NCBI GenBank assembly: GCA_044376115.1 | Contig: JBILLK010000011.1 | Location: 64,001-128,000 of the forward strand | DNA: 64,000 nucleotides | Direction: 5' to 3' | DNA from: Polyangiaceae bacterium | Lineage (GTDB): Bacteria; Myxococcota_A; Polyangia; Polyangiales; Polyangiaceae | Shown here: positions 55,524 through 64,000 of the stretch, one piece after another | How positions within the stretch are numbered: the stretch's first letter is position 1 | Layout: the number at the start of each line of letters is the position of its first letter | Position numbers and translations under genes: made by a program | The notes under the pieces: model-generated | Database searches by the model: none | What the model was told of the DNA's origin: nothing | Seen by the model: only the letters and a program-made list of their open reading frames with translations

Positions 55524-56305
55524 ACACAGCTTTCTATACGTTCGACGGTGGGCGCTTCATTGCCAGCGAGTTGACCCGTGGCCCTTGGAGCAACCAGCAC
55601 CAACACGGCGGCCCGCCCTGCGCGCTACTTGGGCGCACGCTAGCGAGCTTTGGCGCAGACGCTGCGGAGTTCTCGCTTGCGCGGATAACGGTCGAGCTGC
55701 TTCGACCCGTCCCGATTGCGCCGCTCACCGTTCGCTGCGAGCTGGTTCGCCCGGGCAAGTCCGTGCACCGGCTCGAGGCCGTGCTGCTCTGCGATGATAG
55801 CGAGGTTGCGCGCGCTAGCGGCCTGCGAATTCGACGGCGAGAGTTCCCGTTGCCCGAAGCCGGCGCCTCAAGCGCTGCTCCTCTTGTGGCAGCGCCTGAA
55901 TCCTTGGCGAGCTTCACCTTCCCGTTTTTTCGGCACGAACTCGGATATCACCGCGCAGTCGATGTACGGTTTGCTAGCGGTCAATGGGGGGATCGCAGCG
56001 TAGTGGTTTGGTCCCGTCCCACGGTCGAGCTGGTCGCTGGAGAGCCGCTGACCGCTGTGGAACGCACCCTGATCATCGTCGACGCTGAGAGCGGGATCTG
56101 CCCGCCGCTCGATCCGCAGCGAGCAAGCTTCGTCAATCCGGATTTGACGGTCTACTTTGAACGCGAGCTGCGCGGGGATTGGCTGGGGCTCTCTGTGCGA
56201 TCGGCTGCGCACTCACACGGCGTCGGTATCGCCGAGAGTCTGCTCTTCGATGAAGGCGGACCGGTAGGGCGCAGTGTGCAGTCTCTGGTGCTTGGCGCTC
56301 GCTAA
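55520..56305 (+). CDS. TesB-like double hot-dog thioesterase family protein
   Basis: TRGPW...QHGGPP, RITVELLRPVP, FVNPDLTV, LFDEGGPVGRSVQSL; ATGA overlap with the upstream gene. Confidence 0.88.
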   Translation: MNTAFYTFDGGRFIASELTRGPWSNQHQHGGPPCALLGRTLASFGADAAEFSLARITVELLRPVPIAPLTVRCELVRPGKSVHRLEAVLLCDDSEVARASGLRIRRREFPLPEAGASSAAPLVAAPESLASFTFPFFRHELGYHRAVDVRFASGQWGDRSVVVWSRPTVELVAGEPLTAVERTLIIVDAESGICPPLDPQRASFVNPDLTVYFERELRGDWLGLSVRSAAHSHGVGIAESLLFDEGGPVGRSVQSLVLGAR

Positions 56306-56365
56306 CCACCCAACGTCATTGCCCCTGCACTCGACGTCCGAAAATGGCCGGATCTGGAGGCTCGG

Positions 56366-57871
56366 TTGCAGCATAGTTGCATCGTGTTCGCGTCCGAGCC
56401 CGAGCTGAATCCTTCGAGGTGCTACCGCGCCCTCGAGACACGTGACGTCCGTTTTGACGGGCGATTCTTCACCGGTGTGCGCACGACAGGGATCTACTGT
56501 CGGCCGATATGCCCGGCCAAGTGCCCTAGGTTTGAGAACGTCGTGTTCTTTCGTTCCGCCGCGGAGGCCCACTGCTCGGGCTTTCGTCCTTGCTTGCGTT
56601 GCCGGCCCGAGTCCTCCCCGCGGCTTGCGACGTGGCGCGGGACCTGGTCTACCGTTTCACGGGCGCTTGCCATGATTGAGGAGGGCGCCCTCGACGGTGA
56701 CGACGCCAGCTTGCCGTTGCTTGCGGAGCGCTTGGGGATTGGGGATCGGCAGCTACGACGTCTGTTTGATAAACACTTAGGCGTTTCGCCCATTGCCCTA
56801 GCGCAAATCCGCAGGGTTCTACTGGCTAAGCAGCTATTGCATCAAACAAGTATGTCAATCGCTGAGGTGGCGCTGGCCTCCGGCTTCAGCAGTGTGCGCC
56901 GCTTCAACGCAGCGTTTCTCAAGCAAGTCGGGCTCGCTCCTACGAGCTTACGGCGCGCGTCGCGATCGCCTCAGCACGGAACAAGCGTGACGATCTTGCT
57001 AAGCTACAGCGGTGCCTACGATTGGCCCGCCATGCATGAGTTCTTCGCCGCGCGCGCACTCGATGGCTGCGAAAACACTGACGCGGGCTGTTATCGTCGT
57101 AGCTTTCTCTTGCAGGGTGAGCAAGGCACGCTCGAGGTTGCGCCGCATACATCGGCTTTGTCGCTCAAGCTGCAATGTAGTCTGACGAAGCTGTTGCCTC
57201 AGATGATAGCGCGCGTCCGACGGATGTTCGACGTTGATGCTGATACAGCGGGTATTGCTCGACATTTGTCGAAGGACGCACTGCTATCGCCCCTCGTACG
57301 CTCGGCCCCAGGATTGCGTGTCCCCGGAGCATGGGACGGCTTCGAACAGGCTGTACGCGCCATTCTCGGACAGCAGATCTCGGTAGCCGCGGCTCGCCGA
57401 CTTGCATCGATACTGGTCGCTGAGTTTGGGCAGCCGCTCGCGCCTTCATTGCAGGGAGGCGGGCTAGCGCAGATTTTTCCGGAGCCTCATGAGCTTATGC
57501 AGCGGAGCCTAGCAATCTTACCTATGCCCAAAGCGCGCAGCGCGGCGTTGAGCGAGCTCGCCAAGGCTGCCATGCTCGATCCGTGTTTATTCGAGTGGCA
57601 ACGTTACTCGAGCCTGGAGGATGCGGTCTCCCGCTTTAAGTCGATCAAGGGTCTCGGCGATTGGACTGCCCAGTACATTGCGCTGCGTGGCTTGCATGAC
57701 CCTGATGCGTTTCCGCGCGGTGACGCGGCGCTGCAGCGCTCTTTTGCGCAGCGAACGCGTCAAGGCTCGAGCGCTCCCGGTGACCTCACGAAGCAGGCTG
57801 AGAGCTGGCGACCGTGGCGCGCATATGCCGCCCAACATCTTTGGCATGCCGACGTTCGAGAGAACGGGTGA
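56366..57871 (+). CDS. alkA: AdaA-AlkA fusion (methylphosphotriester sensor/AraC + 3-methyladenine glycosylase II)
   Basis: GVRTTGIYCRPIC...GFRPCLRCRPE; AraC HTH; GFEQAVRAILGQQIS, IKGLGDWTAQYIALR, WRPWRAYA. Confidence 0.93.
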   Translation: MQHSCIVFASEPELNPSRCYRALETRDVRFDGRFFTGVRTTGIYCRPICPAKCPRFENVVFFRSAAEAHCSGFRPCLRCRPESSPRLATWRGTWSTVSRALAMIEEGALDGDDASLPLLAERLGIGDRQLRRLFDKHLGVSPIALAQIRRVLLAKQLLHQTSMSIAEVALASGFSSVRRFNAAFLKQVGLAPTSLRRASRSPQHGTSVTILLSYSGAYDWPAMHEFFAARALDGCENTDAGCYRRSFLLQGEQGTLEVAPHTSALSLKLQCSLTKLLPQMIARVRRMFDVDADTAGIARHLSKDALLSPLVRSAPGLRVPGAWDGFEQAVRAILGQQISVAAARRLASILVAEFGQPLAPSLQGGGLAQIFPEPHELMQRSLAILPMPKARSAALSELAKAAMLDPCLFEWQRYSSLEDAVSRFKSIKGLGDWTAQYIALRGLHDPDAFPRGDAALQRSFAQRTRQGSSAPGDLTKQAESWRPWRAYAAQHLWHADVRENG

Positions 57872-57883
57872 AAGGAGAATTCG

Positions 57884-58477
57884 ATGCAGTTCTATCGTGA
57901 TCAGGTGGTAAGCCCGCTCGGGCTTCTCATCGCCGTTTGGGTTGAGCCCGGCATGCTTTGCGCGCTCGATTACGATGGTAGCGAGCGGCTCACAAAGCTT
58001 TGCCACCGCTACCACGATATTGAGCTGTCCGATCTCTCGCAGCGCACTCTCCCTAAGCCGATTGGCCACGCGCTGATTCGCTACTTCGAGGGCGATTTGA
58101 CGTGCTTGACGGAGGTGGCCGTGTGGCACGGTGGCTCGAGTCTCGAGCAAGCCGTCTGGTCGGAACTGCGCCGAATCCCTCCGGGAGAGACGCTCTCCTA
58201 CGGGCAGGTAGCTGCCAGGATCGGCCGACCGACGGCGTGTCGTGCTGTTGGCAGGGTCAATGCGTCGAACCCGGTCAGCATCGTGGTCCCGTGCCATCGT
58301 GTGGTCGGGGCCGGCGGCGCGCTCACGGGCTACTCCGGTGGGCTCGCGAGAAAGGCTTGGTTGCTTGCTCACGAGACCAGCCAGGTCAATGAACGACCGC
58401 CGCTTACTTTGGGCGCCACTACGTCTTCGCCGCAAAGGAGTTACAGCCACCCTCCGGTGAAATCGGTCCTTTCATGA
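57884..58477 (+). CDS. ogt: Methylated-DNA-protein-cysteine methyltransferase
   Basis: IPPGETLSYG, RAVG, VPCHRVVG, GYSGG; AAGGAG RBS. Confidence 0.93.
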   Translation: MQFYRDQVVSPLGLLIAVWVEPGMLCALDYDGSERLTKLCHRYHDIELSDLSQRTLPKPIGHALIRYFEGDLTCLTEVAVWHGGSSLEQAVWSELRRIPPGETLSYGQVAARIGRPTACRAVGRVNASNPVSIVVPCHRVVGAGGALTGYSGGLARKAWLLAHETSQVNERPPLTLGATTSSPQRSYSHPPVKSVLS

Positions 58478-58766
58478 GCGAACAGCCACCACACTCTTCG
58501 GGCCCTTTGGCCTGGTACAGGTTGCACAGCTTGCATGCCTTTGTCGCGTCCGCTGCCTTGTCCACGTAGCCGAGGCTCTGGCGCTGGGTAATCTCAGGAC
58601 CCGTCAACGCGCTCGTGTCAGTGCAGTCTAGGCCGCTTTTGCACGCGATTCCGAAAGCCGCTGCGGCTGGAAACAAGGCGAGGCGCAGAAGCACGTCCCG
58701 GCGTGAGGGACTCGAGGTGTCGGGTCGCAAGGCCGACTCGTTCTCGTTGCGCATTGGTGTTTTCAT
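58419..58766 (-). CDS. High-potential iron-sulfur protein (HiPIP), Tat-exported lipoprotein
   Basis: SRRDVL twin-arginine motif, FGIAC lipobox, LGYV, CKLC...C...GPISPEGGC. Confidence 0.82.
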   Translation of the reverse strand: MKTPMRNENESALRPDTSSPSRRDVLLRLALFPAAAAFGIACKSGLDCTDTSALTGPEITQRQSLGYVDKAADATKACKLCNLYQAKGPEECGGCSLMKGPISPEGGCNSFAAKT

Positions 58767-58865
58767 GACGCACAGATAGAGACCAGGCGAAGTCAAGACA
58801 AGGGCACATCATCGACCGAAGGTGGATGCAGCGTTCGGAACGAGTCATTCCGCCGAAGGAGTCAT

Positions 58866-59954
58866 TCAGAGCTGCGCGATGAGTTGCTCGGCCAGCGAAA
58901 TTCCGGACAGGTAGGCGCCCTCGACACGGCCGCCAGCCAACCAGTCCCCCGCGACGCCAAGTCGCGCTGAGACATCGAGCGTTGCTCCGTGGTGTTGGGG
59001 TCGAGGCACTTGGGCGAAGGCCCAGCGGTGTACGAGCTGGTGGTCGGGTTTGAGGCTTGGCAGCGCCAACAGTCTCGCGAACTCTTGCACCAATACCGAT
59101 TGGACTTCCTCGAGGTCGAGCGCGAACGACGCCTTCGACCATTCCGGCGATGCCTGCAGCATCCAGCGTTCTCCCGGTGGGCGTGCGGGCTTGCTCGAGT
59201 CGCGCGCGAGCCAAGCAAGGGGTGAACGCCTCGTCTCGTCCCGCCCAACAAAGATCCCATCCCATGGTACGGACAGACTGCCTGCGGCTTCGTTGGGAAC
59301 CACTCCAACTGCGAAGCACGGCCAGAGCTCTGTTTGCTGAGTCACAGCCGTTAGTTGGGGACTCAATTCGTCGATGAGCGAGCCCGCCTGTCGCGGCGGT
59401 AGACACACCATTACGAAGTCGAACTGGCCAAAATCGGTAGCGACTTCCTCGGGTGCTCGCTGCGGCCCAAGGGTTGTCCCGGGGGGAGCCGCATGACCCG
59501 TGAGTGAGAGCTGCTCATCGATGGGACGGATGGCATCCACTCGACAGCCGCTTCGAACGTCCAATCCCAATGCAATAAACTTCGCGAACGCGTTCATCCC
59601 GGGCGTCCCGACATAGCGAACCAAGGTGTCTACCGCGTGCACCTGGGCCGCTTCTTCCTCGAGCGCCCCGATGACTCCTAACCACGGCGCGCACGCGCCT
59701 GCTTGGACGGCGCGTTCAACCAGCACTGCAAACCGCTGGTCTCGCACGGTGAAGTACTGTGCGCCAAGGTCGAAGGTATGCGCGCCCACCCGACGCGTGG
59801 CGAGCCTCCCACCGGGCGAGCGCCCTTTATCCAAGACCACCACCTGATGTCCCTGCCGCTGTAGCTCTTGTGCACACGAAAGGCCGGCTATGCCGGCGCC
59901 AACTACCGCGATACGCAATCCGCTCGTGTGGCCCTGTGGATGATTGGCAGGCAT
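58866..59954 (-). CDS. Renalase-like NAD/FAD-dependent oxidoreductase
   Basis: VVGAGIAG, DKGRSPGGRLATRR, DLGAQYF, HRWAFA, AGDW...GRVEGAYLSG. Confidence 0.9.
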   Translation of the reverse strand: MPANHPQGHTSGLRIAVVGAGIAGLSCAQELQRQGHQVVVLDKGRSPGGRLATRRVGAHTFDLGAQYFTVRDQRFAVLVERAVQAGACAPWLGVIGALEEEAAQVHAVDTLVRYVGTPGMNAFAKFIALGLDVRSGCRVDAIRPIDEQLSLTGHAAPPGTTLGPQRAPEEVATDFGQFDFVMVCLPPRQAGSLIDELSPQLTAVTQQTELWPCFAVGVVPNEAAGSLSVPWDGIFVGRDETRRSPLAWLARDSSKPARPPGERWMLQASPEWSKASFALDLEEVQSVLVQEFARLLALPSLKPDHQLVHRWAFAQVPRPQHHGATLDVSARLGVAGDWLAGGRVEGAYLSGISLAEQLIAQL

Positions 59955-60053
59955 TCCGATTGGTTAGCAGGGACGGCTCCCGAGGTGCGGTTGAATCAGG
60001 CTGCCTTTGAAAAGATCCTTACCGCCCAGGTAACAATGTTAGGTAGGGCGGCT

Positions 60054-61235
60054 ATGCGACTTGCCTGTGCGCTCATTTCCTTGGGTGCCTGTTTGACCGT
60101 CTGCCCAGTGTTGGCCGAGGAGGCCGGAGTACCCCTTCGGCTCAAAGGGGGATACGGGCAAGGAATGGGCATTGAGTCCGAGGATGGATCGTTCGGTATG
60201 TCGTTGAAGGCTCGCGCTCAGGTCCGTACGACCGTCGGCGTTCCCGAGGACGAAGAAAAGGATCCTACCGCCGACTTCCAAATTCGACGGCTTCGCGTGA
60301 CGGTCGACGCTCACGGTTGGGATGAGCTCGTAAGCCTCAAGGTGCAACTCGCGTTTGCTCCGCTCGACCAAGATCCCGTGGCTCCTTTCCCGGTGCGCGA
60401 CGCGTTTGTGACGGTGGCTCCTGCGCGGGACTTCAAGCTGCGCGTAGGGCAAATGAAGGTCCCCTTCGGGCGTCAGCGAGTTGTCTCCTCGGGGAGCCAG
60501 CAGATGGTCGATCGCTCGATCGTTACCGGAGAGTTGAACCTCGACCGCGACGTTGGTGTGCAGTTCTTTTCCGAAGACCTGTTTGGTCTGAAGGGGTTGC
60601 TCGGCTACAACGTTGGGGTGTTTGGCGGGGATGGCCGCAACCGCGTCTCTGGTGGCTATGGCTTGCTTTACGCAGGGCGACTCTCCGTTCGGCCGGTTGG
60701 CGGCGAACTCGCGGACGATCTCGACGAGGTCGACTTCAAGCAGACCAAGCCGCGTTTGCAGGTGGCTGCCTCGGGGGCGTTCAATCACCAGTCCGATCGT
60801 GTTCGAAGCACCACCGGCGAGGTTTTTGCGACGGGACCATGGGCTGACTATGCCCACGTGGGAGCGGATACGAGCTTTAAATATAACGGCCTATCGCTAA
60901 CCGGTGAGTTCTTCCTGCGCCGCGCGCTCGAGGACCGTAACACCGAGGTCGTGGACGGGGCGCCGGTAACAGATATTGCGCGCTCCGGTTACGGCGGCTT
61001 CTTTCAAGCTGGGCAGCTCATTGAAAAGCGTTTTGAGGTCTCCGCCCGAGTCGGAACGCTCAAGGTATTGGGAGACCCAGAGAGCGGTTTCAAGCCGGAG
61101 AAGGAGCTAGGCGGAGCAGTCAGCTACTACTTCTTGAAGCACGCACTCAAGCTGCAGGTTGACACCTTCTATCTCTGGGAGACCTGGGGTGAAGGGCGGG
61201 TTCAGACGCGCCTGCAACTACAGGCTGCGCCCTGA
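60054..61235 (+). CDS. Outer-membrane porin (OprO/OprP-like)
   Basis: Signal peptide; FQIRRLR, VGQMKVPFG, DRS, RDVG, KLQVD; beta-strand pattern. Confidence 0.85.
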   Translation: MRLACALISLGACLTVCPVLAEEAGVPLRLKGGYGQGMGIESEDGSFGMSLKARAQVRTTVGVPEDEEKDPTADFQIRRLRVTVDAHGWDELVSLKVQLAFAPLDQDPVAPFPVRDAFVTVAPARDFKLRVGQMKVPFGRQRVVSSGSQQMVDRSIVTGELNLDRDVGVQFFSEDLFGLKGLLGYNVGVFGGDGRNRVSGGYGLLYAGRLSVRPVGGELADDLDEVDFKQTKPRLQVAASGAFNHQSDRVRSTTGEVFATGPWADYAHVGADTSFKYNGLSLTGEFFLRRALEDRNTEVVDGAPVTDIARSGYGGFFQAGQLIEKRFEVSARVGTLKVLGDPESGFKPEKELGGAVSYYFLKHALKLQVDTFYLWETWGEGRVQTRLQLQAAP

Positions 61236-61236
61236 T

Positions 61237-62670
61237 ATGCTCGAGAGTTCATTCTTTCTTCCTCGCGAGCACCAGTGCGAGGCGCGGGACCAGATTCTAG
61301 CGGCGAGGTGCAAGGGGCGACCGGGGTTTCTGCTCGGTGACCTAACGGGGCTCGGTAAGACGCTGTCCGCCTGGCTCGCCGTCGCCGCGATGCCGGAGCG
61401 CGAGGTGCTGATCATCTGCCCAAAGGGTGGAATGCCTCAATGGCGGCGCACCATTGCGCTCTCGGGAACAGCGCCTAAACAGGTAACCCTCATTAACTAC
61501 GAACGGACAAAGTCTCTGCTGGCCCCGCTGGCAGTCAGTAGCAAGCGCTCGGTGCGAGCGAAGAATAACGAGTTGGCGCGGGCTGGTCGCCCCAAGGCTG
61601 TTTGGCCTATTGTTGTATTTGATGAAAGCCATCGCTTGCGGAACCCCAGTTCACAGCAGTCGATGGCCTGCCGACAAATTGCTGATGCCGCAGCCTTCAC
61701 GCTCTTCCTCAGCGCGACGGCCGGTCAGTCACCGCATGAACTATCCTATCTTGGGCGGATCCTGGGCAAGGTGACGGGCTTGGATACGAGCACGATGGAC
61801 GGCTTCCGGCTCTTGATGAAGTCGCTCAAGATCGGCAAAGCGCGCGGGCGCTGGAAGAACTGGTCCTGGCAGCCGAATGAGCGGGACCGCGCGCTCATGG
61901 CGGACCTGCTCTATAAGGGTGAGGCTGCGATCGGCATTCGGCGAAGGCCAGAAGACATCGCTGGTTGGCCTGAGGTCCAACGCGAGCTGGCAGCCGTTGC
62001 ACTGACCCCAGCGAGCCGTCTCCTTTACGAGACTTCCTGGCGCAGTTTTCGTGCAGAGTTGGGCTTGGCCGGGGGCAGTACACGCCACGGCGTTGGTCGA
62101 GTGGCTGAGCTTCGTTTTCGGCAGAAGGCGAGCCTATTGCGGGTTGCTGGAACCGCAGACTTCGCACAGGAGTTGCTCGAGAACGATGAGCAAGTAGCCA
62201 TCTCGGTGGCCTTTCTCGAGACAGGGGCAGCCCTGTGCGAGCTACTGAGCAACCGCGGCTACCGAGTTGGTCAAATCAATGGTGAGCAAAGCGGACCACT
62301 CAATGAGCAGGTGCGGTTACAGTTCCAGACCGGAGAACTCGAAGTGGTGATCTTTACTGTCACCGAGTCAATCTCGCTGCATCAGCATGAGCTTCCCGGT
62401 GGGGAGAAACCGCGGCAGCTAATCATTCACGATATGCGCCATAGCGCGATTCAGCTGCAGCAGATTGAGGGCCGCTGTCATCGGGATGGCCAGCGGGCGT
62501 TGATTCACTATGCTTTTGCGGAGAGCACGGTAGAAGAGGCGGTTGTCGCGCGGGTGGTGAATCGGATGGCCAATATGGATGGCATGGCGGGCGATGACAT
62601 TTCGCTCTTGGAGGAGCTCGCGCGGGAGGTGGAGCAGAGCGTAACCGAGCGCTTGACGAGCGAGCCGTAG
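61237..62670 (+). CDS. Stand-alone SNF2-type (SF2) helicase/translocase
   Basis: GDLTGLGKT (I), INYE, FDESH (II), LSAT (III), ESISLH, QIEGRCHRDG (VI). Confidence 0.85.
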   Translation: MLESSFFLPREHQCEARDQILAARCKGRPGFLLGDLTGLGKTLSAWLAVAAMPEREVLIICPKGGMPQWRRTIALSGTAPKQVTLINYERTKSLLAPLAVSSKRSVRAKNNELARAGRPKAVWPIVVFDESHRLRNPSSQQSMACRQIADAAAFTLFLSATAGQSPHELSYLGRILGKVTGLDTSTMDGFRLLMKSLKIGKARGRWKNWSWQPNERDRALMADLLYKGEAAIGIRRRPEDIAGWPEVQRELAAVALTPASRLLYETSWRSFRAELGLAGGSTRHGVGRVAELRFRQKASLLRVAGTADFAQELLENDEQVAISVAFLETGAALCELLSNRGYRVGQINGEQSGPLNEQVRLQFQTGELEVVIFTVTESISLHQHELPGGEKPRQLIIHDMRHSAIQLQQIEGRCHRDGQRALIHYAFAESTVEEAVVARVVNRMANMDGMAGDDISLLEELAREVEQSVTERLTSEP

Positions 62671-62705
62671 GCCTCGGTGTAGACGGTCTATGGTAAAGGC
62701 TGGCG

Positions 62706-63623
62706 ATGGCCCTTCGGAACGACGAGCAAGCCGTAGCCATCGCGAAGCAGGCGCTCGCCCCGCTACTTCCTGAGCTGGCTGAGCAGCTTGGCGCCAAAAG
62801 GTTGCAGGTTGAGTCTGTGCTTCAGGCGCTTTGGGGTGGGTACGGGGAGCTGTTGCGGCTTACGGTCGAGGGAGGGGCTTATGGCAGCGCCATTCTCAAG
62901 TGGGCGCGCCCACCGTCGTATCGTAGTGACTCGGCGTCTCACCTACGCAAGTGCCGCTCGTTTGAGGTGGAGACATCGTTCTATCGAGGTTACGCGGCTC
63001 GATGTGACCAAGCCTGTCGGGTTCCGCGTCTGCTGGCTGACTACAAGCGCGACGGCGAATGGCTACTGTTGCTCGAAGACCTGGATGCGTCAGGGTACCC
63101 AGGTAGGACGAGGGATCCCAACTCGCGAGAGCTGAACGCTAGCTTGGATTGGCTAGCAGCGTTTCACGCGCGCTTCTTCGCTGTCAATCCGGAGGGGTTG
63201 TGGCCGGTAGGGTGTTATTGGCATCTCGCAACGCGCGCCGAAGAGTTCGCCTTGCTGAATCCGGCGCAGCAAGCGCGTGCGCTGGAGCTCGATCACCAGC
63301 TGTCGCAGAGCAAACACCAAACGCTCGTGCATGGTGACGCCAAGCCTGCGAACTTCTGCTTCAGCCGGCAAGGCGACGCCGTTGCGGCCGTGGACTTTCA
63401 GTATGTTGGAGCTGGGGCGGGAGCGCGGGATGTAGCGTATCTACTGCACGGCCTGACGCGCGAGCAATCCGAGCGGGCCCTCGACTACTATTTCTCAAGG
63501 TTAGTGCATCGACTACCGCCGCGCTGGGATGGCGCGGCGGTGGAGCGTGAGTGGCGGGACCTATTCCCGATTGCGCTCGAAGACTACGAACGCTTCCTCG
63601 TGGGCTTTCGTCGCTCGCGGTAG
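62706..63623 (+). CDS. APH/choline-kinase-like phosphotransferase
   Basis: QALWGGYG, LLLEDL, HGDAKPANF, VDFQYVG, DVAY. Confidence 0.85.
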   Translation: MALRNDEQAVAIAKQALAPLLPELAEQLGAKRLQVESVLQALWGGYGELLRLTVEGGAYGSAILKWARPPSYRSDSASHLRKCRSFEVETSFYRGYAARCDQACRVPRLLADYKRDGEWLLLLEDLDASGYPGRTRDPNSRELNASLDWLAAFHARFFAVNPEGLWPVGCYWHLATRAEEFALLNPAQQARALELDHQLSQSKHQTLVHGDAKPANFCFSRQGDAVAAVDFQYVGAGAGARDVAYLLHGLTREQSERALDYYFSRLVHRLPPRWDGAAVEREWRDLFPIALEDYERFLVGFRRSR

Positions 63624-63693
63624 AAGCGGGGGCAGGGTTGTCCGGTGCCCTGCCCGTCTTGCTCGCGCGCTTGGGCAATGCTCCTATCTGGGC

Positions 63694-64000
63694 GTGCTTG
63701 GGTCGGGGTCACTGTTAACCAAGAATCTGCGCCTCGAGCGCGAACTCGGACACGGTGCCATGGGCACCGTATGGCTGGCGGAGCAGCTTTCTCTGGGCGC
63801 CTACGTGGCGGTGAAGGTGATGCGAGTGGCGGGCGTAGCTGACGAGGAAGCCCGCGCCCGTTTCGCTCAAGAGGCGCGTCGGGTAGCCAGCGTCCACAGC
63901 CCCCACGTGGTGCGTATTCTGGACTACGGAGTGACGCTGGAGGGTGAGCCGTTCATCGTCATGGAGCTGCTCCGAGGTAGGGACCTTGCGCATTACATCG
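63694..64000 (+). CDS. Ser/Thr protein kinase, N-terminal part (runs off window end)
   Basis: Manual translation: VLGSGSLLTKNLRLERELGHGAMGTVWLAEQLSLGAYVAVK...RFAQEAR...HSPHVVRILDYG...FIVMELLRG. Confidence 0.9.
   Translation, partial: MLGSGSLLTKNLRLERELGHGAMGTVWLAEQLSLGAYVAVKVMRVAGVADEEARARFAQEARRVASVHSPHVVRILDYGVTLEGEPFIVMELLRGRDLAHYI

Noticed and set aside
58810..58870. Short repeats CCGAAGG and GAGTCATTC between HiPIP and the oxidoreductase
   Set aside because: Too short and irregular to distinguish from chance.
1..64000. CRISPR arrays, rRNA, tRNA, IS elements, reverse transcriptases
   Set aside because: None seen by eye; intergenic gaps are short. A tRNAscan/Rfam run would be needed to exclude small RNAs.

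Overview
High-GC (estimated ~63%) gene-dense chromosomal segment. The content points to a myxobacterium, probably Polyangiales-like: Gly-linker and Cys-rich lipoproteins, a TPR + Ser/Thr kinase + ECF sigma module, a fibro-slime protein and sigma54-type promoters. I found about 50 CDSs and no rRNA, tRNA, CRISPR array, integrase or transposase. Main blocks: ArsB-like and MATE transporters; a DUF3604/HupE-UreJ/PPIase operon; a kinase-ECF-lipoprotein module; surface adhesin-like genes; mvaS; a PIN nuclease tail-to-tail with a Thg1-like 3'-5' polymerase; mutM; a repeat-protein/MoxR-ATPase/vWA-metallopeptidase locus; a lipid/alkane block (deacylase, SDR-hydrolase fusion, ferredoxin-reductase-AlkB fusion with AraC tandem sites, Mla/Pqi-type ABC); then Ada-AlkA/Ogt, a Tat-lipoprotein HiPIP, a porin and a stand-alone SNF2-type helicase. 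The most unusual signal is an exact 44-bp direct repeat (25109-25152 and 30239-30282) lying in frame inside two different repeat-protein genes and bracketing the MoxR/vWA-peptidase pair. Three apparent single-base frameshifts may be consensus errors. All family calls come from motif recognition by eye; no database searches were run.
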